Below are positions 13,052-24,061 of a stretch of 64,000 bases of DNA, in pieces. The translations under genes and the position numbers were made by a program. The DNA comes from Eledone cirrhosa (taxonomy: Eukaryota): positions 311,984,001 to 312,048,000 of the forward strand of contig OZ024742.1 of the NCBI GenBank assembly GCA_964016885.1, in the 5' to 3' direction. Position 1 is the first letter of the stretch. Each line of letters begins with the position of its first letter. The notes under the pieces are model-generated. The model made no database searches. It had not been told where the DNA came from and was given only the letters and a program-made list of their open reading frames with translations.

Positions 13052-13283
13052 CTTCCGCTGTAATCGCTTTGTCAAGTCCATTCTCTCACTTTCTATCTTT
13101 CTCTGGAAGAAATCTGCTGTACTCAGGCCTAGAGAGGAGATGAGCACTGCCAGGTTTAAAAATATGCCGTAGAAGCGTCGCATGCCAATAAGGCACCCCT
13201 ACGACTCCCTCATGAGTTACGAATCCATACGTACGTTATGTTGGTGTATTTTGGTCCCGTCTATTTTTATTGTTGTTCCTGTG

Positions 13284-13293
<10 letters not shown>

Positions 13294-13314
<21 letters not shown>

Positions 13315-13341
13315 ATGATGAGGAGGAGGAGGAGGAGGAGG
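13294..13341. repeat. (GAT)n(GAG)n trinucleotide repeat
   Basis: Direct reading. Confidence 0.9.
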
Positions 13342-13666
13342 ATGTTGATGTTTTGTGTTGTGGTGCTGGAAGCCACAACATTGATTTCATTTGCACACAT
13401 CAACTGAATGCAGTTGGGGATCTTTTGGGGAAAGGGGGGGGGGGGGGGGTCACAGTGAAGAGCAACATATGGATCACGATTTGAATCTCCGACCAGTTCT
13501 AGTGGAAGGTCCATCAGGAGGATTTGATCATTTTTTATGTGTTCAACGTCATTATTAGAACATTGATGTTCATGACAGGTTTGAGGCGCAATATGGCACA
13601 TAAGAAAGGGAGGTAATGTGGAGTGGTGGCGGCTTCATGCCTCCTCTTAATATTTACACTCCTGAG

Positions 13667-13897
13667 GGCGGTGGATTGGTAGTATCAGTAGAGGGTCGGA
13701 CACCATGCTTTGCAGCATAGAGTTACGACCCTTTATGATCTGAGTTCAAATCCCGCCGAGGTTAACTTTGCCATTCATCCTTACGGGGTCGATAAAATAA
13801 AGTACCAGTAATACACTGAGGAAGATTTAATCGACTTTCCCCTCCCCACAAATTACTGGCCTTGTGCCTATACTAGAAATCATACTAGAAATCATTA
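13667..13897 (+). mobile_element. SINE family 1 with 15-bp TSD (ATTTACACTCCTGAG)
   Basis: Head, box B, core and CCTTGTG..AGAAA tail; TSD at 13652-13666 and 13897-13911. Confidence 0.88.
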
Positions 13898-13911
13898 TTT
13901 ACACTCCTGAG

Positions 13912-14126
13912 TGCAGTGGATTGGCAGAATCGGTAGAGTGCCAGACAACATCCTTACAGCATACACTTACGGCTCTTTATGTTCTGAGTTCAAATCCCGC
14001 CAAGGTTAGCTTTGCTTTTCATCCCTACGTGGCCGATAAAATAAAGCACCAGTAATGCACTGGGGTCGATTTAATCGACTTTCCCCTCCCCCAAAAGTGC
14101 TGGCCTTGTGCCTATAGTAAAAATCA
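13912..14126 (+). mobile_element. SINE family 1, tandem neighbour
   Basis: Same head, core and tail. Confidence 0.85.
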
Positions 14127-14513
14127 CTCTTGACAAGGCCGTAAGTGTTTAGTGTGATCTTTGTGCAAAGAGCTGGAATGAATACTGCAAAGCATTCTAA
14201 CCGACGTTCTAACCACTCTGCCAATTCGCTGCATATAGCTTTCACTAGCGTGTTCAATTAGTCGCACTGGAAAATTTACCGGCGGCAGACTGGTATTTTA
14301 TCCATGAAGAGATTTGTCTCATCCATTTACCGCTACAAAAACAGATGTTAACGTGCCTATTCGTGATCATTTGATCTGTTAAAATAATAGCCATATCTTC
14401 CTAACATTCACTCTTTACACTTTCACTCTCCAAACTCATCACATTCTATTGCATAACCAACTTAAGCTTGTATGCATATATATATCTATCAATTTATCCA
14501 TCAATCTATATTA

Positions 14514-14544
<31 letters not shown>

Positions 14545-14589
14545 ATATATTTATATCCTCACACACACACATGTATGCATTTTCTCTGT

Positions 14590-15310
14590 TTACTGGTGTC
14601 CTCGTTTCCCAGAATGCACCGGACATTTTTCAAAACTTTCGCTTCGTTCGAAGCTGATGTTTGTTGGGGAGGGTGAGATGTCATTATGGTAGGCTACTTG
14701 ACTCTACAGCTCTTCATGGGTTGTCTTGCAGCCTGAATGCAGGTTGCTTTGTTCGCCATATCGAGCTAAACCTAATTATCAAGCGGGTCGCCTGGCTTGA
14801 GTTAATGTCTCCTCAATTCTAAAGCCAACTGGATTGCTCCAGATTAATCGGAAGATGCCAGATTTTCTTATCCTTTGCTACTGAGTAAGATGTAGATGTC
14901 TAATTATTGATGCTACGATAAAAGTGAAGGCCACAACATCCGTGGCGGAATAAAATAACATCCTAAAATACCAGGAATTATCAACAAACTTATTTTTCCA
15001 GCTAGCGATGTTCGAAGCGTTTGGGGAGCTGGGCCACTGACACCGAGGTTTTTGTCATTGTTGGCAGCTCGCCATACTGAATTATTAGGTGATGTTCTCG
15101 CAGGGGCTTGATTATTTCAGCGTCATAGCCTCGCTATCACCCGCGACTATACCTAGAAAATATTAGAGGAAAGTTCCAGCGCCCCATGTTGTGGTGTGTG
15201 ATTGAGTGTACATGTCTCCTCTACGCCCTTTTTTTCTTCTTTATTATTCTCTCTTTTTTATTTTTAGTACTGTACATATCTGCATAGTCATACGTTTATT
15301 AAATATAATT
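14590..15310 (+). mobile_element. Degenerate 3' end of a CRE-like non-LTR retrotransposon (zinc knuckle + restriction-like endonuclease)
   Basis: Broken frames read DSTALHGLSCSLNAGCFVRHIELNLIIKR, SILKPTGLLQINRKMPD, AE..ILKYQEL..FEAFGELG, LFQRHSLAITR. Confidence 0.6.
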
Positions 15311-15551
15311 ATACAAACATATTCGTTCGAAGCTGATGATTCATTTCTATTGTTACCAAACCTTATATATTGTTACTTTCGCGTCATACGTTCTTATTGA
15401 CCTTACATAATGTGATTCTTACATAATGCACGAAACAGTCTATAGTCAATGACCATTGTGATCTTACAATTGATTGTATTACAAGATAAAACTCTACCAA
15501 TCGAGCATTGAATGCTCTCGTTTCTTAGATATGTTACCCTCGTATCTATTG

Positions 15552-15631
<80 letters not shown>

Positions 15632-15639
15632 CATACATA

Positions 15640-15970
15640 CGGCTTAGTGGTTAGAGCGTCGGGGGCTTGCAATCGCGACGTTGTGAGTTCGATTCTCAGA
15701 CCGGGCTTTGCGTTGTGTTCTTGAGCAAGACACTTTATTTCACGTTGCTCCAGTTCACTCAGCTGTAGAAATGAGTTACGACGTCACTGGTGCAAAGCTG
15801 TATCGGCCATTGCATTTCCCTTGGACATCATCGGTGGCGTGGAGAGGGGTGACTGGTATGCATGGGCGACTGTTGGTCATCCACAAAACCTTGCCAGGAC
15901 TTGTGCCTCGGAGGGGAACTCTCTAGGTGAAATCCCATGGTCATTAATGACCGAAGGGCGTCTTTACCTT
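15640..15970 (+). mobile_element. tRNA-derived SINE family 2 (Meta/V-domain-like core)
   Basis: GGCTTAGTGGTTAGAGCG box A, GAGTTCGATTC box B, GTGTTCTTGAGCAAGACACTTT..CACTCAGCTG..AAATGAGT core. Confidence 0.75.
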
Positions 15971-16176
15971 TTTATATAATATTTAAATGAATAATTTGCT
16001 CGAAGCACTCTATACTGATGTGAATCACGCATGTAGATCATATATCTGAGGAGATATCGAAGAAGAGTCGGACTTCGACCGCCTTGATCACACCCGAGCT
16101 GATCGATATTAAAACAATTGTAATATGCAAATAAAGTTTCTACACAATCTGCAAATCTGACTCCAATTATTTTCAC

Positions 16177-16261
<85 letters not shown>

Positions 16262-16519
16262 GTGCGCGCGCGTGTGTGTGTGTGTATGTGTGTGTGCGTG
16301 TGTGTGTGTGTGTATACATATATATGTGTTTATATATATGTATGTAATATATATAGTAATAATAAAAATAAATGTGAAGACTAAAATCCAAAGAGGGCTC
16401 GACAAGGATAAATATATATCAAATATATAAGAACCCTAGATTATATTTATTAAAATAACAGATAAAGTTTAAGCAAAGCATCACTGCTTTCACCATTTTT
16501 ATCAGAAGGGGGTCGGAGG

Positions 16520-16670
16520 AACAATACAGCTGAATAAGGTACTCAATACGTTAGAAAAGAAGAAACATATTTATTTTATCGAAATGACTTCTACAGAACT
16601 AGAACGGTTTCATTCGCATAAAATCATCATTTCTGATGATTATGTACGAATGAAATAGTTCTAGTCCTTC
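16520..16670. mobile_element. PLE-terminus relic with two back-to-back inverted hammerhead-like motifs
   Basis: ACTAGAACGGTTTCATTCG..ATCATCA-TTT-CTGATGA..CGAATGAAATAGTTCTAGT; related sequence at 40760-40862. Confidence 0.55.
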
Positions 16671-16677
16671 AATTTAT

Positions 16678-16753
<76 letters not shown>

Positions 16754-16813
16754 TAGACACGCAGTTTGTCCGTGGAGAGTGTGCGGTTTCTTCTCCGGTT
16801 CCTGTGTTGGAGG

Positions 16814-16869
<56 letters not shown>

Positions 16870-16874
<5 letters not shown>

Positions 16875-19154
16875 TTAAAATACAAATATTAATAAAATAG
16901 ATGTTCTTTTGATCAATAAAATTTTATTATACATATTTCAGAGGTACAACAGTACGTCCTCATCAGACAAACTATAATGATACATGACATACCCTGAGAT
17001 GTTAAATGGTTAAGATGTAATCAAGGTAGTGATTAACCTAAGAGAAAACTCAACATTTATACCCTAATAATGAGAAAATGCGAAAACGTAATAAATTCAA
17101 TAGAGGATATATGAGTAAAAAAAACGTTGCTTAATGTGACAGCTATAGAGATTTTAAAATGTGGGATACTACAAGTTATGGTTATCTAGGAAAACGTCTC
17201 TTGAATTATAACTGTTTATGAAGGCCACTGATAGAAGATTTAAAGAGAGGGAGAGATAAAGGGGAGTAATATATGCAGAAAAATGTTTTTCTCCTTAAAG
17301 GCTAAACGGTTAAGTTTCAAAATATTTAATTTATGTTATTTTAAGGGTGAAGAATCAAAATTTTAGGTTTTTTTTAAAGTTGATGCTTATTTATATTTAT
17401 TAATTTTATAAATTCCATGAATGACACTTGTTCAATAACACGCTGACACGTTGATATACATAACATAATATTATTAACTTTGATCCATACCATTATTTCT
17501 CTATCTTTATTTTTCTATCTAAGTTTTAATTTTAGTTTAAATATCCAACCTGTAAATTTTTACGGAACTTATTTTTAACTGTGAATCATTCATGAGTTTA
17601 CACTTTTTTATTTATAATATGTATGTACTTATCTTTTGTAAGTTTTTAAATATACCTACCTTTATATTTTTCTATCCATGATTTAAATATAGTGCAAATA
17701 TCCAACCTGTAAATTTTTACGGGCCTTATTTTGAACTGTGAATCATCCATGCGTTTACATTTTTTTTTATATATATGTATGTATTTAACTTTAGCACGTT
17801 GAAATCTATTATATAAGATTATAATCGTTATCATTTACCAAAAGTATACTGTATCACTAATACTTAGTATATCTCTCTATACCTAATTTTTAGATAACTT
17901 TTAAATTTTTAGATTATTTATTTTGAACTGTGAATAATTCATGCCTTTACACTCTTTTATATATATGTATCTATTTAACTTTAGAATGTTTGAATCTATT
18001 ATTTTATATTCGTTATCATTTACCTAAAGTATACTGGCTCATTAATATTTAGTATATCTATCTATACCTAATTTTTATTTTTGCAAATAAGTGTATCTGT
18101 ATAATAACATAATCTTATTATTAGTTACGTATATCTCAGCTTTTTTTTTTTTTTTTGCATATATATCTATAGTGTATATATAATAACCGTTTTGGTTTAA
18201 CGCTATATATAGTTTGTACAAATATATAGTTTGTGCAAATATAGATATTTGTACAATAGCATATTTATTATTCCTATCATGAAAGTAGAACTTATATAGA
18301 GATTTAATATAATATAACAAATATTAATTTATTACCATAATTCCACATATATATATATATAAGTTGCTGAAAACTCTGCGTTAATCATTACACTAACTAC
18401 TTGACAATTAATTTTTAGATATTTCTAACAATAAGTACTTCATAAGCTTTACGTACCGAAAATGTTGACATTCTTATAGGTAATTTTCGTTAAAGATTAC
18501 ATTTAGGAAAATATTCAACAGTGTAAATTTTCCTTTCGCTGGCCAGGTTAATCCTTTAAATTTTGTCCTCATAAAATTCAGAAGTTTAGAAATGTTAATA
18601 CATTTATAGAATTTATAAAATTAATAAATATAAATAAGCATCAACTTTTTTAAAAACCTAAAATTTTGGTTCTTCACCCTTAAAATAACATAAATTAAAT
18701 ATTTTGAAACTTAACCGTTTAGCCTTTAAGGAAAAAAAAAATGTTTCTGCATATATTACTCCCCTTTATCTCTCCCTCTCTTTAAATCTTCTATCAGTGG
18801 CCTTCATAAACAGTTATAATTCAAGTGACGTTTTCCTAGATAACCATAACTTGTAGTATCCCACATTTTAAAATCTCTATAGCTGTCACATTAACCAACG
18901 TTTTTCTTACTTATAAATCCTCTATTGAATTTATTACGTTTTCGCATTTTCTCATTATTAGGGTATAAATGTTGAGTTTTCTCTTAGGTTAATCACTACC
19001 TTGATTAAATCTTAACCATTTAACATCTCAGCGTATGTCATGTATCATTATATTTTGTCTGATGAGGACGTATTGTTGTACCTCTGAAATATGTATAATA
19101 AAATTTAATTGATCAAAAGAACATCTATTTTATTAATATTTGTATTTTAATATT
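16870..19154. mobile_element. Non-coding PLE-like fold-back: ~545-bp inverted arms (16870-17415 / 18609-19154) around an AT-rich spacer
   Basis: Arms are near-perfect reverse complements, each with a hammerhead; flanked by (TA)n; spacer has degenerate 155-190-bp tandem units at 17540-18080. Confidence 0.8.
19052..19104 (+). ncRNA. Type I hammerhead motif (mirror copy at ~16921-16971 on -)
   Basis: ATTTTGT-CTGATGA-GGA..TCT-GAAAT-ATGT-ATA-ATAAAAT; same stem III as 10671-10734. Confidence 0.7.
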
Positions 19155-19243
19155 AATAACTCTGGAAAATTATTTTGTGTAGAGTTCTTCCAATCAACTG
19201 TAAAACCCATTCTTTGATGTACTCATTGAATATTGTTTAACTC

Positions 19244-19287
<44 letters not shown>

Positions 19288-19301
19288 ATGTATATGGCTG
19301 T

Positions 19302-19349
<48 letters not shown>

Positions 19350-19664
19350 ATGTATATGGCTGTGGATGTTTTCCACGGCAAAGCTTTCTACATTTACTAC
19401 AATATGGTACAGAAATAGCTACACACACACAAACTCTCTCTATTCGTAAATATGCGTGTGTGTGAGTTTATATATATACAAATATATAAAAATATATAAA
19501 AATGCAAATTTGGAAGTAATTATAGTCGACTAAAGGAGTTTTCTTTATCGTATTTTTGTCTGCGTGCTCGATGAAGGGCCAGGTTGAAAGAGCCTCCTCC
19601 ACCATACAGTGGTGGCTATATCTAGAACCCGAAACCAATGTTCACACATACATGTTAAGTGTAT

Positions 19665-19747
<83 letters not shown>

Positions 19748-19847
19748 TTTAAATTCGTTGGTTTACCACTACTGAAATGTGTAGTGTTTGCAGAAATAAA
19801 TAGTTAAGGAAATTCAACATTTTTGGGCTCCCTCCTATAATTTCACT

Positions 19848-19909
<62 letters not shown>

Positions 19910-19998
19910 TAACATGAATGGACCTGTTATTTTTCTCTAAAAACAATTTTTCCAATTCCACCCGCCCGTCCCTTCAAGCTTTCTAATTTCTTATTCTT

Positions 19999-20034
19999 TC
20001 TTCTGACGAAGGACTAGTGTCTGAAACGTTAAGA
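19999..20034 (+). ncRNA. Minimal hammerhead motif with an extra A after the core
   Basis: TCTT-CTGACGAA-GGAC-TAGT-GTCT-GAAAC-GTT-AAGA; AACGTT palindrome. Confidence 0.65.
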
Positions 20035-20123
20035 TCCTCTTCCTCCTATTTCAAGCGTTAACCTAATATATTCCTTCCGTTTGTGTTGTTATTTCTGTTT
20101 ACCTTTTATATATATATATATAT

Positions 20124-20505
20124 ATATATTGGTAAACGGAATAGAAAATGCTGACAAATTGTTCACAGTTGAAAAATGGTTTAATTAGGAATAAAAGAGT
20201 ATTAGTGATTGTATGGGTTAGTATTCAGTTGTGGTTTTAAGTTTTTAAGTTTTTACCGGTTGCGCATTTCTAAATGCTTTTCAAAAATAATTTTGAGATA
20301 GAGTAGCAAACAGCACGGACACTCTATCTCAAAATTATTTTTGAAAAGCATTTAGAAATGCGCAACCGGTAAAAACTTAAAAACTTCAAACCTCAACTGA
20401 ATACTAACCCATACAATCACTAATACTCTTTTATTCCTAATTAAACCATTTTTCAACTGTGAACAATTTGTCAGCAGCATTTTCTATTCCGTTTACCAAT
20501 ATATA
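20124..20505. repeat. Near-perfect hairpin, ~180-bp arms with a 16-nt loop, inside (TA)n
   Basis: 20124-20304 is the reverse complement of 20321-20505; contains TTGAAAA-GCATTT-AG-AAATGC-GCAA-CCGG-TA at 20341-20371. Confidence 0.92.
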
Positions 20506-20534
20506 ATAACTTGTGTGTTACACCTCTATTCTTT

Positions 20535-20570
<36 letters not shown>

Positions 20571-20576
20571 AAAGAA

Positions 20577-20695
<119 letters not shown>

Positions 20696-21098
20696 GTATA
20701 TATATATATATATATGTGCGACAGGCGGTTTACTATAGTTCTCTCTCTAGTAGTGCGGACAATATCGGTCTTTCCACATGCTGATGACTCACTGGGACGA
20801 ATTGGAACCCACTAAATAGCGAAACAATCTCCTGGTGAGTTTGTACATATGTGATTTATGAGGTTGGTGTCTTATTTTAATTTATACTTTTAATTTTAAT
20901 GTTTTTCCTATGCCTCGATTAGCCTATATTCTCTTCACGCTGGTAGTTTAAAATTTCTGTAAAGGAAAACACACTCTCCTGTGTTTTTCCCCTCTATGTA
21001 TTGTATTTTAAAGTGCCCAAGAAAACTCTTTCCTTTAAGGTCATTTAATTACAGGATTATACGCGAGTCCTTTACTCCGTTATCTTACTTACTATATA

Positions 21099-21230
<132 letters not shown>

Positions 21231-21399
21231 GTTCAAGAGTAACCAATCTTAAAGAGAGAGATGGAGATAGGAGAGGAGAAGAGAGATTGGTGAATTAATT
21301 AGAAGCCAAAGCGTAAAGGCATGTGCTCAATGTGTAATATGCAGTGGAAAGTAGCTAGATGGATGGATTCATGCAGAGGTTAGGTGCACAGAGCTGGAA

Positions 21400-21501
21400 A
21401 TATTCATTAGTTAAGCAAAAACAAGACTACAAATTTCACAAGGAAGACATTATTAAAAGATTGTCAACATAGTTTTAGTTTAATGTAAGGAATGTAGAGA
21501 A

Positions 21502-21503
<2 letters not shown>
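21400..21503. repeat. Left arm of a ~104-bp inverted repeat; partner at 40563-40666
   Basis: ATATTCATTAGTTAAG..GAATGTAGAGAATA is the reverse complement of TATTCTCTACATTC..CTTAACTAATGAATAT with a few mismatches. Confidence 0.9.
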
Positions 21504-21532
<29 letters not shown>

Positions 21533-21540
21533 GTTGTTAT

Positions 21541-21766
21541 TCCTTGAATCTCAGTCATTGATATTGGTTAACTGGAAAGTCCGTTGGATTGAATATCAAG
21601 CCACTACCTGCAGCCTCAGATATTCAGGACGTATCGGAGGGTTCTTGCTGTTCCAAGCAAGCATGCCTTTTGAAGCGTTCCAAAAAGCGTGAAGGGGCCG
21701 ATTTTCTTTAACCATCCCTGGAAACTTTTGGAGATAGTCCCCAGTGCGCCTATGACAATCGGGATC
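21541..21766 (-). mobile_element. R4/Dong-type element, 3' fragment 1 (~226 bp)
   Basis: Near identical to 56343-56568; (TTA)n on both sides. Confidence 0.9.
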
Positions 21767-21810
<44 letters not shown>

Positions 21811-22019
21811 GGCGACCTACGTAGTAAATCGTATCATCGTGAGCTCCGCAAAGGTTTGTTATTTCCGTTTGTTAAAAATTGCCATTTATGGAAATTTTTT
21901 ATTGTTAACCATATATAAGCGCACATACATTGTTTTCCGAAAAGGACACCCAAAAAGATTGGGGCCTTGTGCCCAAAATTTAAACCTTTATTATTATCAA
22001 AAAAATTCTTTGAAAAAAA

Positions 22020-24027
22020 ATGGCTAATTCACCTCTGCAGCAAGCAGCTGAAAGCCTTCCTCACAAATTAACACCTCACACCGACACCACCATTGTAAAT
22101 GTTACTACGTTTGCCAACACGACAAAAAATATAAGCAGTAGCAATATTTTAAATTTGTCTCAGGCAGAGATTCATTTCCCGCCATTACCAATGACTGCAT
22201 GTGTTAAAGCCTCCACCACCACCACCACCGCGACAACCACCACCCCCACCACCACCGCGACAACAGAAACAAAAGAAGAAAAAAATTAATTAAATCGTGA
22301 TGTCGAAATGAAATCAAGCAAAATGGACTCTTCCGCACCAAAGACGACTGACGTCACCACCACCACAACTGAAACTAAAATTAATATTAACACAAATAAC
22401 GATAGCAACAACAACAACAATGACATTATAAAAACCACCCTCAGTTTCGCCAGAGTAGCAAAACAGTTCGAAACATTTACGGTAACTCAGGAGGATTTCG
22501 AAAATGCCAAACAAATGGTAAAGAAAGATGGGTACAGGGTCAGCCTCACCCCCCCCCCCCCCCCCAACCTAATAAAATGGAGCATCGGCGCCTATGCACC
22601 GTGTCGTATCGAACAATAAATGTAAAATCGCGCTGAGTGGAACGGGCATCCGAGTCCCAAATCCAAAAAGCTTTGGGACATGTGTGGGCAAGAAAAACCA
22701 ACATCAGACGTGGGCAAAAGTATGGAACCGTGGATGTGTTCTTTGAAACACCAGAGGAGGCTAGAGAACACTCCATGGCCCCATTAAGAAGTGACGACTT
22801 CACACTCGTCCCAAGCTATTGTGGCCAGAGACTCGTAAAGATCAGGGTGACCCACGTTCCACCGGCCATCGAAATTCCCTGGCTGATAGCGGCCGTCCTC
22901 GCCGGCATCGAAGCCAACACAAAAATAATAACAATAGCAAAAGAAAAGCAGGAGAACTGGTCCGGATCTGGGATGGAGCTCCTGATCCAAGCGGACCCAA
23001 AAAGTATTGAGGAGATCCCAGAGGTAATAGACCTCACTGACGGCAGCCACCTCACGGTAATTGTCGAGGGCAGAAGACCTAGGTGTGTCGTTTGTGGTGA
23101 AGGAACCCACCTAAGGGCTTTCTGCCCTCAGGCTAAAAGGTTGAGGCCACCTCTCCTATCCACCCCAGTGACACAACCATCAACACCACCAGTAGCAGAG
23201 ATGGCAGCAACAACTGTACCAGCAACAACAGAAGCAACTATAACAGCAACAACCCCAGCAACAGTAGCAAAACCAACACCACCACCACCACCACCAGCAA
23301 AACCAACACCACCACCACCCAACACTTCAGAACTAGCACCAGCGCCTACACCATCCACCACGCCACAACCAAAACTAACGCCTGTGGAGGATTTTCCACT
23401 CCTCGGCCTATCACAACTGGAGACAGATTGTGACGACGAGGAGTGGGAAACGATATCCGGAAAAAAAAAAGAAACCAAAAAAGAAAAAATTCTCTTCCTT
23501 CCCCCTCCAAAAACAAAATACAGAGGGAAACAAATAAACTAAGAAACAAAAAAGTTATGACAGATATGCCACCATCCACACCAGCATCACCAACCCCATC
23601 ACCCCAAACACCAACACCATCACCATCATTAACCCCAACACCACCATCACCTACACCACAAAAGTCACCAAAATGCGAAACAGAAACAAACCCACAACAA
23701 ACGCAAACAAAACAAAACAACCAAAACGATACACACTACACAGCATTAAATTTGAACAACAAGCAATTATTACACTACATCCAACACAACACCAGCATCA
23801 CAGAAAAAGACTACACAACAACCCCAAAATTCACACCACCTCCATACATACAAATCACTCGCATCACACAGAAAATGTACAAGACACTAAAAAAAAAATT
23901 CCCCAAAGACATCGGAGACTTCCGACAAGCACTCTCCAGGAGGATTTATAAGGACATCCTTCCTGAGGAGGCCACAAGCAGGGAAAAGGATGGAAAAACC
24001 GTCCTTTCCCTACGAGAAGTAAGGTAA
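22020..24027 (+). pseudogene. Type A ORF1 (CCHC zinc knuckle, Pro/Thr-rich tail)
   Basis: VIVEGRRPRCVVCGEGTHLRAFCP; broken by stops and frameshifts. Confidence 0.85.
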
Positions 24028-24061
24028 GTGGTCTTTCCCATCTTTTCCACTCCTTTTCAAC

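Noticed and set aside
13182-13484. ORF with a poly-Asp/Glu tract
   Set aside because: Explained by GAT/GAG repeats; no domain or splice support.
15640-15715. tRNA gene
   Set aside because: Box A and B are present but continue into a SINE core with no proper acceptor stem.
23455-23490. Frameshifts at the A-run in ORF1 and at G-runs in ORF2 (e.g. 52852, 25280) as programmed events
   Set aside because: They differ between copies (A2 is in frame at the A-run), consistent with homopolymer mutation or sequencing error.
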